A stretch of DNA of 59,234 nt from a virus (Duplodnaviria; Caudoviricetes): positions 1 through 59,234 of the IMG/VR virus record IMGVR_UViG_3300046451_001045. One strand, given 5' to 3'. Shown here piece after piece: positions 28,533 through 37,517 of the stretch (position 1 is its first letter; every line of letters starts with the position of its first letter). A model generated the notes under the pieces. That model did not search any database and was not told the DNA's origin. It was given only the letters and a program-made list of their open reading frames with translations. The position numbers were made by a program, and so were the translations under genes.

Positions 28533-30899
28533 ATGACAAATCAAATCAGAAATCAAAAAGACCAACTTGCCAAACTAATGGCGACTGAAGACTTAACCAT
28601 CGTACATAAGAAGGTGCCTACTGCATACTTCGATATGAAGAATAGAATACTATGTTGTCCTATTCTTAAAGACGATATCTCAAACGAGTTATACGACTTG
28701 TTCATGGGTCACGAGGTTGGTCATGCATTACACACTCCATATGAAGGTGTGCATAGTGCATTAACAGAAAACAGAACACTTAAAGGATATCTTAATGTTG
28801 TCGAAGACGTTAGGATTGAAAGAAAAATCAGAGAGAAATATCAAGGTCTTAGAAAATCATTCTACACAGCTTATAATGAGTTGATGGAAATTGACTTCTT
28901 TGGTATTTCAAAAAGAAACTTACAGGAACTTTCATTGATTGACAAAATCAATCTTATCACTAAGGTTGGTTCAAGAGTTGCAATCAAGTTAACTAAAGTC
29001 GAACAAGAATTCCTTGACTGGTCAATGAGATGTGAGACTTGGGATGAGGTTGTAGAATGTGCAACTGCAATTTACGAGTATTCTAAAGAGAACGAAACTA
29101 GAACTGAAGACGATGAAAAACTAGTTCCTCAGACACTTGACCTTGGTGATGAAGAAGACTCAGACGATGGTGAAGACTATGGTGACGAAGAAGACGAAGA
29201 CGGTGAAGACGATGGTGACTCACAATGGGAAGACTCAGACGAAGACAACCTTCCCGACCTAGAAGAGAACGAAGGTTCTACTGATGGTCAAGGTGAAGAA
29301 CAAGACATCGAAGAAGAGTCAGAGAACCAAGTAAAGAATACTGGTAAAGATGGTGGTGAAGGTGAGTCTTCAGACTATGATGATGAAAAAGGTGCCAGAG
29401 AGTCTATCACTGAACATGCAGCTCATAACAATGAAGAACAATTTATTTCTGAGGACAATGCAATTGTGACATTGATTGACCTTAAATCAAAATTTGATAA
29501 GAATAAGAACTACTCAGAAATGGTAATTGGTTACAAACAAGTTATCCAAGATTGGGATACAGAACTTTGGAATAAAGAATGTGAAGGGTCTTGGGAAACT
29601 GAAAGACTTGCAAAAATGGTTAAAAGAGGAAAAATCACTGCAAAGAAATTGACCGATAAGAACTCTAAACTTGTTCAACATATGGCGAAAGAATTTGAAA
29701 TGAAACAAACTGCAATGCAAGCTTCTAAAGCAACGACTGGTAAAACTGGAAAGTTGGATATGAACAAACTTGCAAAGTATAAGATTGTTGATGATGTATT
29801 CAAGAAGGTTACAATGATTCCCGATGGACAAAACCATGGTGTCAATGTTTTACTTGATTGGAGTGGTTCAATCAACAACCAGTGTTGTGACCTTTTAGAA
29901 CAAACAATCATCCTAGTGCAATTCTGTAGAAAAGTTGGGATACCTCACAGAGTATATCTCTTCTCAGACACTTACATTTCTGAAGGTGATTACTGGTCAA
30001 GAGGTGAGTCATCTAGTCTTATTGAGATTTTCTCTAACGAGATGTCTTCAAGAGATTACACTACAAACTTAATCAATGTTTCAAGTTTGTGGAACAATTT
30101 CTTTTCAAACAGAAGTTCTTACAGACACTTTGAGAAGTTCCTAGTAAAATGGAATACATGGTTTGATGGTATTGATGTAGTTGATGGAGAAGAGTCAAGA
30201 TGGATTAACTTAGAGTCATGTGCAGCTCCTCAGAAATATAGACTTGGTGGTACTCCACTGGACAATTCATTACTTGCAATGAGAACTGAACTGGTTAAGT
30301 TTAACAAAAAGTACAATGTTGAGAAGTCAATCCTTACTGTAATTACAGATGGGTTTTCTCACCAGTCGGATGCATTTGAGAAATCTTCTGAAGAGACTTT
30401 AGACCAAGACGACCAAGAAAAGAATATTGACAGTGGTGATTATGGGTGGAGAAGAACAAGACAGACTAGAAAGTTTCAAGACCCATTCTCTAAAAAGTTA
30501 TACACTTACTCAGACCAAACTGGATATTCCTCAAATGGTTTCGTACAAACTCAGAACTTACTGGACTGGATTTCAAAAGAGACTGGTGTGATTGTTACTG
30601 GATACTTTGTCTTCGAGACAAAAAGAGAGATTTATTCAATCAGTGGTACGGTTGACTTGGGTGACGTTGATGCCACTTGGAGACAAATGAGAAAAGAAGG
30701 TGTTGCAATCAAGTGTCATGGATATAACAAATTATTCTTGACTTCTGCCTCAACACTTGCGACAGATGGTGATGATGAACTTGATGAGAAGTTTGTTGGT
30801 GCCAAGAAAGCATCAATATTAGCTGCATTCAAAAGAAACCAAAGAACCAAATCGACATCAAGATTTTTAACAAACGAATTTATAAAGGAGATTGCATAA
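28533..30899 (+). CDS. CobT-like protein: zincin-like HExxH domain, acidic linker, vWA domain
   Basis: HEVGH, NVVEDVRIE, D/E-rich linker, MIDAS DWSGS, GGTPL, ITDG. Confidence 0.88.
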   Translation: MTNQIRNQKDQLAKLMATEDLTIVHKKVPTAYFDMKNRILCCPILKDDISNELYDLFMGHEVGHALHTPYEGVHSALTENRTLKGYLNVVEDVRIERKIREKYQGLRKSFYTAYNELMEIDFFGISKRNLQELSLIDKINLITKVGSRVAIKLTKVEQEFLDWSMRCETWDEVVECATAIYEYSKENETRTEDDEKLVPQTLDLGDEEDSDDGEDYGDEEDEDGEDDGDSQWEDSDEDNLPDLEENEGSTDGQGEEQDIEEESENQVKNTGKDGGEGESSDYDDEKGARESITEHAAHNNEEQFISEDNAIVTLIDLKSKFDKNKNYSEMVIGYKQVIQDWDTELWNKECEGSWETERLAKMVKRGKITAKKLTDKNSKLVQHMAKEFEMKQTAMQASKATTGKTGKLDMNKLAKYKIVDDVFKKVTMIPDGQNHGVNVLLDWSGSINNQCCDLLEQTIILVQFCRKVGIPHRVYLFSDTYISEGDYWSRGESSSLIEIFSNEMSSRDYTTNLINVSSLWNNFFSNRSSYRHFEKFLVKWNTWFDGIDVVDGEESRWINLESCAAPQKYRLGGTPLDNSLLAMRTELVKFNKKYNVEKSILTVITDGFSHQSDAFEKSSEETLDQDDQEKNIDSGDYGWRRTRQTRKFQDPFSKKLYTYSDQTGYSSNGFVQTQNLLDWISKETGVIVTGYFVFETKREIYSISGTVDLGDVDATWRQMRKEGVAIKCHGYNKLFLTSASTLATDGDDELDEKFVGAKKASILAAFKRNQRTKSTSRFLTNEFIKEIA

Positions 30900-31111
30900 T
30901 GCAAATAGAAAGTAAAGATATGATGAATGAAACATTCATATTAGATAGAAATCAATATAACGATTTCACATATAGGGTTAACCTATTAAAAGACACCAAA
31001 GGTGTTGAAGCACCTTATCTTGTAGAACACGACTTTGTGCTAGACACATTTGAAGTGACACTACTTCACAAGTCATATGACTTAAACTTTGTTATGGGAG
31101 AATTAGTATGA
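30899..31111 (+). CDS. Hypothetical protein
   Basis: AGGAG SD, coupled start. Confidence 0.6.
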   Translation: MQIESKDMMNETFILDRNQYNDFTYRVNLLKDTKGVEAPYLVEHDFVLDTFEVTLLHKSYDLNFVMGELV

Positions 31112-31374
31112 GAGATACATTAAGAGTAGACGAGTCATATTACATAAACCACAATACAGATTACAGTGCATTTGCAGATGCCGTCATGGATGTCGGCCCT
31201 GCACCCTGTACACAATTTGATTGTCCTAGACAAAAACAATGTGCTATTGAAGCCGTAGAATGTAAAGCCTTTAGGTTTTGGACTAACAACGGTGGATTTG
31301 AGACATATAGAAAGAACAAGGGTATGGTATCAATCGAAGACCAAGTCGGAAAGTTGTTACAACCTTGCAAATAA
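31108..31374 (+). CDS. Hypothetical Cys-rich, possibly metal-binding protein
   Basis: PCTQFDC..QKQC.....EC; GGAG SD. Confidence 0.6.
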   Translation: MRDTLRVDESYYINHNTDYSAFADAVMDVGPAPCTQFDCPRQKQCAIEAVECKAFRFWTNNGGFETYRKNKGMVSIEDQVGKLLQPCK

Positions 31375-31376
31375 AC

Positions 31377-31406
31377 TTGACAGTGACTACCACTTTTTGG
31401 TATACT
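31377..31406 (+). promoter_or_regulatory. Early promoter
   Basis: TTGACA-N18-TATACT. Confidence 0.85.
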
Positions 31407-31446
31407 ATACAAGATGAGAAAATAAATGATTTTAACGGAGACAAAT

Positions 31447-32679
31447 ATGAAAAATCAAAGAACCTATAATAGAAGTGAGTCCATCGTGATTGATGGTAAG
31501 GACTTCCATTTTACACCCGATAGGAAAGAGTTCCTAAAGACCCTTACGGAGTCTTTTCCGAAACAACTATCGTTCACTAAAGAGGACTTTAAATCAATTG
31601 GTGGACTGCCATATTGGGTTAAGTCTGCTAGATACAACTTCAAACAAGGAAGTGTGTTCAATCTTACTGCAGTAGTCAGTGGATACAATGGTGGTTACTC
31701 GGAGAATGTAACACCAATTACACCTAGTGTAGTATCTGCACCAATTCCTGCACAATCGATGTCACAAAACATGCCTGTTGCAGCTCAGACTCAACAAGTA
31801 AATGTTACGTCTGATATCAAAATCATTCCCGAAAAAATGAGTAACTATGTTCCTTTTGGACACTTTAAAGATGTTAAGAACATCATCAAGTCGAAGTTAT
31901 TCTTCCCAATCTTTGTGACTGGGTTAAGTGGTAATGGTAAAACATTAATGATTGAACAAGTTTGTGCTCAGTTGAAGAGAGAGTGTTACAGAGTTAACAT
32001 TACTATTGAGACTGATGAAGACGACCTAATGGGTGGTCACACTTTAGTCGGTGGTGACATAACTTTCAGAGAAGGCCCTGTCATCAAAGCGATGAGAAAA
32101 GGTGCCGTCTTACTTCTTGACGAAGTGGACTTAGGTTCTAACAAGTTGATGTGTCTACAATCAGTTCTAGAAGGTAAAGGATACTTTATCAAAAAGACTG
32201 GTGAGTGGGTTTCACCTAAAGAAGGTTTCACAGTTCTTGCAACTGCAAACACAAAAGGTCAAGGTTCTGATGATGGAAAATTCATCGGTACTCAGATTAT
32301 GAATGAAGCGATGTTGGAAAGGTTTGCAATTACGATGCAACAAGAATATCCACCAGTGACTACTGAAAGGTCTATCCTTAAGAAGGAAATGGAACTTACA
32401 GGAACCGTTGATAACGAATTCTGTGAGAAACTAGTAGACTGGGCGGACATAATCAGAAAGTCATACTATGAAGGTGCGATTGATGATGTTGTTACGACTA
32501 GAAGGTTGGTTCACATAGTGAATGCATTCAGAATGTTTGGTGACAAACTTAAGTCAATCACAATGTGCATTTCAAGGTTCGATGAAGAGACTAGGAATTC
32601 AATCCTTGACCTTTACACCAAGATAGATGCGGGGGTTGATTTAAATGCAGAAAACCCTATTGACGAAATGGAAGACTAG
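31447..32679 (+). CDS. cobS: CobS-like/MoxR-type AAA+ ATPase
   Basis: GLSGNGKT, LLLDEVD, ATANTKGQGS, LERF, TRRLV. Confidence 0.92.
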   Translation: MKNQRTYNRSESIVIDGKDFHFTPDRKEFLKTLTESFPKQLSFTKEDFKSIGGLPYWVKSARYNFKQGSVFNLTAVVSGYNGGYSENVTPITPSVVSAPIPAQSMSQNMPVAAQTQQVNVTSDIKIIPEKMSNYVPFGHFKDVKNIIKSKLFFPIFVTGLSGNGKTLMIEQVCAQLKRECYRVNITIETDEDDLMGGHTLVGGDITFREGPVIKAMRKGAVLLLDEVDLGSNKLMCLQSVLEGKGYFIKKTGEWVSPKEGFTVLATANTKGQGSDDGKFIGTQIMNEAMLERFAITMQQEYPPVTTERSILKKEMELTGTVDNEFCEKLVDWADIIRKSYYEGAIDDVVTTRRLVHIVNAFRMFGDKLKSITMCISRFDEETRNSILDLYTKIDAGVDLNAENPIDEMED

Positions 32680-32693
32680 GAGTATACTAAGGT

Positions 32694-33014
32694 ATGTTCG
32701 GTAAAAAACCAAAACAAATAGACTACAAATACAACGAGGGAGAACTCTTAAAGGAGTTTTCCCAGTATGTAGACTCAACCTATGACCAGCATTACAGTCT
32801 GAACAAGTACCAAGCTACTGAGTTCATTATGGATGCAGGACATGGAGAAGGATTTACCATTGGGAATATTATGAAGTATTCTCAGAGGTATGGAAAGAAG
32901 GGTGGGAAGAATCGTGCCGACCTTTTGAAAGTTATCCATTACGGATTTCTTGCTTTAAATAACCACGATAAAACCCAACTTGCAGAAGCAGGTTACAAAA
33001 AGGAGACTAACTAG
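32694..33014 (+). CDS. Conserved T4-like protein (DUF3310-like)
   Basis: TY.QHY, GF..GN..KY.QRYGKK.G, DL.KV.HY. Confidence 0.8.
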   Translation: MFGKKPKQIDYKYNEGELLKEFSQYVDSTYDQHYSLNKYQATEFIMDAGHGEGFTIGNIMKYSQRYGKKGGKNRADLLKVIHYGFLALNNHDKTQLAEAGYKKETN

Positions 33015-33682
33015 TGATGAAAATTAGTGATAATACAAGAGACGTTCTAAAAAACTTCTCAACCATAAATTCGGGTATACGAGTTAAAACAGGTAACAAG
33101 TTAGAGACCATTTCTAACATGAAAAACATTCTTGCAGTTGCAACTGTGTCTGAGGATTTCCCTCAAGACTTCAGTATCTACAACTTGCCAGAATTCTTAG
33201 GTGCAACATCCTTAATGGAGAACCCCGAATTCAATTTCGGTAGTGCATCATTAAGTATTAACGATGCATATTCAACAATGGATTACCATTATGCCAGTGA
33301 GGGTATGGTAACTGCACCCGAAAAAATTATAACAATGCCTGATACTGAGATTAACTTCGATGTAACAAGTGAATTGTTAGTAGACTTACAGAAAGCCTCA
33401 AGTGTATTAGGTGTGAATGACCTAGTATTGGAAAGTGATGGTACTACTGTATCCTTGACAGTCAAGGACAAGAAGAATGCATCTTCAAACACATTCTCAC
33501 GAGTGGTAGGTGAAGGTGATGGAGTTTCGTATTCAATGAACTTCAAGATAGAGAACCTTAAGATACTTGCAGGAAATTATTCTGTAACAGTATCTTCTAA
33601 AGGTATTTCAAACTTTAAGAACTCTGATATTGATTTAGAGTACTTTATTGCACTAGAACCCGATTCAAAATACGGGTCTTAG
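33014..33682 (+). CDS. gp45: Sliding clamp gp45
   Basis: LKNFSTIN, IY.L.EFL, ENLK...G.Y, YFIALE. Confidence 0.95.
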   Translation: MMKISDNTRDVLKNFSTINSGIRVKTGNKLETISNMKNILAVATVSEDFPQDFSIYNLPEFLGATSLMENPEFNFGSASLSINDAYSTMDYHYASEGMVTAPEKIITMPDTEINFDVTSELLVDLQKASSVLGVNDLVLESDGTTVSLTVKDKKNASSNTFSRVVGEGDGVSYSMNFKIENLKILAGNYSVTVSSKGISNFKNSDIDLEYFIALEPDSKYGS

Positions 33683-33696
33683 GTCTAAATAGTTTT

Positions 33697-33810
33697 ATGG
33701 GTTATTCATGTCTCTGAAAACCCATGGGAGTTACACCTTCTCATCATTCTACTGGGTGTGTAACATAAAGAATTCGGAGGGGTTTTCTTTCTTTTTATTA
33801 TGATGGAGTC
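33697..33810 (+). promoter_or_regulatory. Structured RNA leader (three hairpins) upstream of gp44
   Basis: Stems ATGGGTT/AACCCAT, GTTACAC/GTGTAAC, AAAGAA/TTCTTT; begins 5 nt after TAAATA at 33686. Confidence 0.6.
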
Positions 33811-33813
33811 AAA

Positions 33814-34761
33814 ATGACAGAAGAGTTTTTATATGTGGAAAAGTATCGTCCACAGAATATCGAAGATACAATCCTACCTAGACAGTACAAAGACCAATTC
33901 AAAGAATTTGTAAAACAAGGAGAGATACCAAATCTCTTACTTAGTGGTTCTGCTGGATGTGGTAAGACAACCATAGCTAAAGCACTCTGTAACGAGCTAG
34001 GTGCAGACTTTATCGTAATCAATGGTAGTGATGAGGGTAGACTCATAGACACCCTTAGAACGAAGATAAAGAACTTTGCGTCCACTATGTCACTACAGGG
34101 TGGGACTAAGGTCGTTATCCTAGATGAAGCCGATTATATGTCTGCAGATTCCGTTCAACCTGCATTAAGAGGATTTATAGAAGAGTTCTCAAGTAACTGT
34201 AGGTTCATATTCACTTGTAACTACAAGAATAGAATTATACCTGCATTACACTCAAGAACAACTGTAATTGATTTCAAGATATCCCCGACAGAGAAACCTA
34301 AACTTGCCATGCAATTCATGAAAAGAGTTAAGACTATCTTGGATATTGAAGGGATTACCTATGATGATAAGGTAGTTGCAGAACTTATTACAAGATTCTT
34401 TCCCGATTTTAGACGTGTATTAAATGAACTTCAGAGATATAGTGTCAGTGGTACAATCGATTCGGGTCTTCTATCATCTTTAACCGAAGAAAAGTTTACT
34501 CCTTTAATAAATATGTTACAGGAAAAGAACTGGGGTGCAATGAGAAAGTGGGTCGGTCAGAATAGTGACCAAGACTTCACATCGTTATATCGTAAAGTGT
34601 TCAATGCACTTGAAGTGCGATTAGAACCACAATCAATACCAGCTGCAGTGTTAGTCATTGCAGACTATCAATACAAATCTGCATTTGCAATGGACTCGGA
34701 GATTAACTTTACTGCATGTCTAACAGAGATTATGAGTGAGTGTAAATTCAAAAATGTTTAA
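33814..34761 (+). CDS. gp44: Clamp loader large subunit gp44
   Basis: EKYRP, GSAGCGKTT, ILDEAD, CN, LHSR, PDFRR. Confidence 0.96.
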   Translation: MTEEFLYVEKYRPQNIEDTILPRQYKDQFKEFVKQGEIPNLLLSGSAGCGKTTIAKALCNELGADFIVINGSDEGRLIDTLRTKIKNFASTMSLQGGTKVVILDEADYMSADSVQPALRGFIEEFSSNCRFIFTCNYKNRIIPALHSRTTVIDFKISPTEKPKLAMQFMKRVKTILDIEGITYDDKVVAELITRFFPDFRRVLNELQRYSVSGTIDSGLLSSLTEEKFTPLINMLQEKNWGAMRKWVGQNSDQDFTSLYRKVFNALEVRLEPQSIPAAVLVIADYQYKSAFAMDSEINFTACLTEIMSECKFKNV

Positions 34762-34858
34762 GTTACAAGAAATGATTGGAAACGCGATTAGTAAATTCTT
34801 TGAGTGGAGTTTCCAAAGAAATGCAAACAAACAGTTTGCCAAGAGGAAAAAGAAATGA
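34754..34858 (+). CDS. Small basic peptide, 34 aa
   Basis: MFKLQEMIGNAISKFFEWSFQRNANKQFAKRKKK; overlaps both neighbours' start/stop. Confidence 0.4.
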   Translation: MFKLQEMIGNAISKFFEWSFQRNANKQFAKRKKK

Positions 34859-35121
34859 GTGAACATGACAAAGTAGTAGATAGACAAAGGAGATTACTCT
34901 CTGCAGAAAAATGGGCAAGGGGTGTTAAGACACTTCATGCACATTCATTAACATCATTATGGTATGATGACAGAGGCAACGATGGTTCGGTAATGGATAC
35001 TGAATACAATGATGGTCTTGTCATGAGAGAGATTAGAGAGACAGGTGAAATTGTTTACTTTGGTAAATCTCTTGAAGGTGATGAACTACTACAACACTTC
35101 GGACAACATACAGGAAAGTAG
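34855..35121 (+). CDS. Hypothetical protein
   Basis: GAGG SD, ATG at 34855, abuts gp62. Confidence 0.65.
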   Translation: MSEHDKVVDRQRRLLSAEKWARGVKTLHAHSLTSLWYDDRGNDGSVMDTEYNDGLVMREIRETGEIVYFGKSLEGDELLQHFGQHTGK

Positions 35122-35514
35122 ATGTCTAAAAGAAATCCATTTGATTTTGTCAAGTCGGTCTCCTATGATAAAAAAGATATCATGGTCGATGCTGTTGAAG
35201 AGAATGCATATGCACCATTCCTAATTAACAAATCATTATCCTACCACCAAGATTCCCTTTTCATGACTAATGAGATGAATAATCGAAGCCACCTCGATAA
35301 TCGTCTCCAATATGTCTTTTTACTAAATACCCTTAGAAAAAGACAAAGGTTTTCCAAATGGGAAAAACCATATCTTAGTAAAAAATTAGAAACGATTAAA
35401 TCCTATTATAAGATATCAACACTTAAAGCAAAAGAATATATGGAAGTGTTATCAGATAAACAGGTTCGTGAATTGAAAAACAGAATGAAAACTGGTGGAC
35501 ATGACAATGAATGA
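35122..35514 (+). CDS. gp62: Clamp loader small subunit gp62
   Basis: PFDFV, Y.PF.IN..LS, NEMN, RKR.RFSKW. Confidence 0.93.
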   Translation: MSKRNPFDFVKSVSYDKKDIMVDAVEENAYAPFLINKSLSYHQDSLFMTNEMNNRSHLDNRLQYVFLLNTLRKRQRFSKWEKPYLSKKLETIKSYYKISTLKAKEYMEVLSDKQVRELKNRMKTGGHDNE

Positions 35515-35920
35515 AAATGAAGACCTTATTAAGGATTTGGTTGAGATAACCTTCCCCGAAAAAGACGACTTTTTAAAAATTAGAGAAACCCTATCTAGGA
35601 TAGGTGTTGCATCGCGTAAAGAGAAAGAACTCTTCCAATCGTGCCATATACTGCACAAACGTGGTAAATACTACATTACTCACTTCAAAGAACTATTCAA
35701 ATTAGATGGTAAACCATCAAGTTTGGAAGAAGGTGACATTGGTAGAAGAAACACTATAGTAACCTTACTTGCACAATGGAAATTAGTTTCCGTAGTCAAC
35801 CCCAATCAAATTAAGGAGCCTACTGCTCCACTATCACAAATTAAAATCATTCCCTTCAAAGAGAAAATAGAGTGGAAATTAACCACTAAATACTCCATCG
35901 GGGGAACGAAGGAATCATAA
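35507..35920 (+). CDS. regA: Translational repressor RegA
   Basis: DDFLKIRETLSRIG, QSCHILHKRG.YYI.HFKELF.LDG. Confidence 0.96.
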   Translation: MNENEDLIKDLVEITFPEKDDFLKIRETLSRIGVASRKEKELFQSCHILHKRGKYYITHFKELFKLDGKPSSLEEGDIGRRNTIVTLLAQWKLVSVVNPNQIKEPTAPLSQIKIIPFKEKIEWKLTTKYSIGGTKES

Positions 35921-35952
35921 ATACTTCTAGTTAACTAAAACAGGAGAAATTT

Positions 35953-36126
35953 ATGTTAGAATTTATTCAGTGGGTTATAGGATGGGTACAAGTGATTCCT
36001 TGGTTAGTAATGGGTGCATCTTTGATTGCAGCTCTTACTCCAACACCAGTCGATGATGGATTGGTGAAACAGGTCTACAAATTGTTGGATTGGGTTGCCT
36101 TAAATATTGGTAAAGCAAAACAATAA
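35953..36126 (+). CDS. Small membrane protein, holin-like, 57 aa; not in the ORF track
   Basis: AGGAG SD; MLEFIQWVIGWVQVIPWLVMGASLIAALTPTPVDD...LDWVALNIGKAKQ. Confidence 0.7.
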   Translation: MLEFIQWVIGWVQVIPWLVMGASLIAALTPTPVDDGLVKQVYKLLDWVALNIGKAKQ

Positions 36127-36160
36127 ATAGTAGTAATTAGTAATAATAACGAGGTATATT

Positions 36161-36421
36161 ATGGAATATATTATAGGATTGATTGTCCTTGCAGCTTTAG
36201 GTTTTCACTTCTTCGGTTCGAAGAATGAGACTACAGTGGCTAAACCAGTGTCAAAATCTACCCCTAAGAAGGTAACTCCACAACCGAAGACTCCTTCAGT
36301 TGCAGAATTAAAGAAATTGACCAAGGTTCAACTACTAGAACTTGCAGATAAAAACAACATTACAGTTAAAAGAAGTGGTTCTAAAGCTGAAGTTGTTAAG
36401 ACAATCTCACAATCTAAATAA
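36161..36421 (+). CDS. Membrane-anchored protein with Rho-N/HeH-like domain
   Basis: N-terminal TM, K/P linker, ELKKLTKVQLLELA.......SKAEVV. Confidence 0.7.
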   Translation: MEYIIGLIVLAALGFHFFGSKNETTVAKPVSKSTPKKVTPQPKTPSVAELKKLTKVQLLELADKNNITVKRSGSKAEVVKTISQSK

Positions 36422-36444
36422 TTAAACAGTACTCAGTATTGTAT

Positions 36445-36471
36445 AAAGAGTGTTTCGGCACTCTTTTTTTT
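36445..36471 (+). terminator. Intrinsic terminator
   Basis: AAAGAGTGT-TTCG-GCACTC-T-run. Confidence 0.85.
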
Positions 36472-36506
36472 AGCCCGTTGCTTAGTGGATTTGCATAAAT
36501 AAACGT

Positions 36507-36803
36507 ATGGAAGAGATATTTGGTTTAATAGGTGAAGTCGGAGCCCCAATTGCAGGGTCAATCGTTATGGGATTTTTTATCTTCATAGTCATTAAGCAGA
36601 TACTTGAGGGTGTTGTTGACAGTATTGGTACACTAACCATGTTCTGTAAATCACTTGAGAATCGTGCTAGAACGATGTCGAACGAGATGATTAAGATTGA
36701 CTTACTAGTGTCAAGTGCATTAGAACTCAGACCCGACATCGATAGGATTGCAAGAGCCGAGAACTTCATCGAAGACGATAAACTCGATGTAAGAAGGGAT
36801 TAA
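36507..36803 (+). CDS. Single-TM coiled-coil protein heading the curli operon
   Basis: VGAPIAG TM helix; late element 5 nt before ATG. Confidence 0.75.
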   Translation: MEEIFGLIGEVGAPIAGSIVMGFFIFIVIKQILEGVVDSIGTLTMFCKSLENRARTMSNEMIKIDLLVSSALELRPDIDRIARAENFIEDDKLDVRRD

Positions 36804-37084
36804 TGGATATTGCATCTCTAATATCCGAATACGGATTTCCAATAGTCATGTCAGTCGGACTTGGCTACTTCATATATTACATATGGTGGTTTGTGGGTGA
36901 GAAACTAGAACCCCAAATTGAGAAGATGCATTTTGCACTAATAAAAGTAATAGACCAAACAAGAATGTTAGACCAAGATTTAATTCGTTTACAACAAAAA
37001 GTAAACGTAGTTCTCGAAATGAAGGAGAACTTAAAAAAAAGAGAGAATGAAAGAAATGCAAAAGATAACAACAGTAATAATTAG
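36803..37084 (+). CDS. Single-TM coiled-coil protein similar to the preceding gene
   Basis: YGFPIV TM helix; DQTRMLDQDLIRL parallels NRARTMSNEMIKI. Confidence 0.75.
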   Translation: MDIASLISEYGFPIVMSVGLGYFIYYIWWFVGEKLEPQIEKMHFALIKVIDQTRMLDQDLIRLQQKVNVVLEMKENLKKRENERNAKDNNSNN

Positions 37085-37517
37085 TGTTTGTTTTGCACTT
37101 AGTGTAAGTGCAGATGAAATAACATTCAAATTTAAGAGTCCTGCTTTTAGTGGGATAGGACAATCTGCACATTACTTGACAGTAGAGAATCAAGAGAAGT
37201 CAAGACGTGATAAGATTAGTCAAGACATAGAAGACAAGATTAAACAAGCAGAGAGAGAAGCAGAGAATACAACGCTTGCAAAATTCCTCAGAAATGTGGA
37301 AAGTAGAATTTATGCTCAGATAGCAAAACAGTTAGTAGAGAATATGTTCTCTAATGGAACTGCATCCGATTACGGAACATTCGCAATCGAAGGTAATACA
37401 GTTACTTATGAGAGAATGGTTGGAGAGGATGGAGTAGACTTCATTCGTTTAACAATCGTTTCTAGTGATGGTACAACAACAACTTTAGATATACCGATAG
37501 GTACAGGAAGTTTCTAA
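37047..37517 (+). CDS. csgF: Curli assembly protein CsgF
   Basis: Signal peptide then ITFKFKSPAFSG, matching the CsgF N-terminal F.F.NP.F.G pattern; ESRIYAQIAKQL; directly upstream of csgG. Confidence 0.85.
   Translation: MKEMQKITTVIISVCFALSVSADEITFKFKSPAFSGIGQSAHYLTVENQEKSRRDKISQDIEDKIKQAEREAENTTLAKFLRNVESRIYAQIAKQLVENMFSNGTASDYGTFAIEGNTVTYERMVGEDGVDFIRLTIVSSDGTTTTLDIPIGTGSF

Noticed and set aside
29140-29400. GAAGAC/GACGA repeats resembling a repeat array
   Set aside because: They encode the Asp/Glu-rich linker of the vWA protein; no fixed repeat-spacer structure, so not CRISPR.
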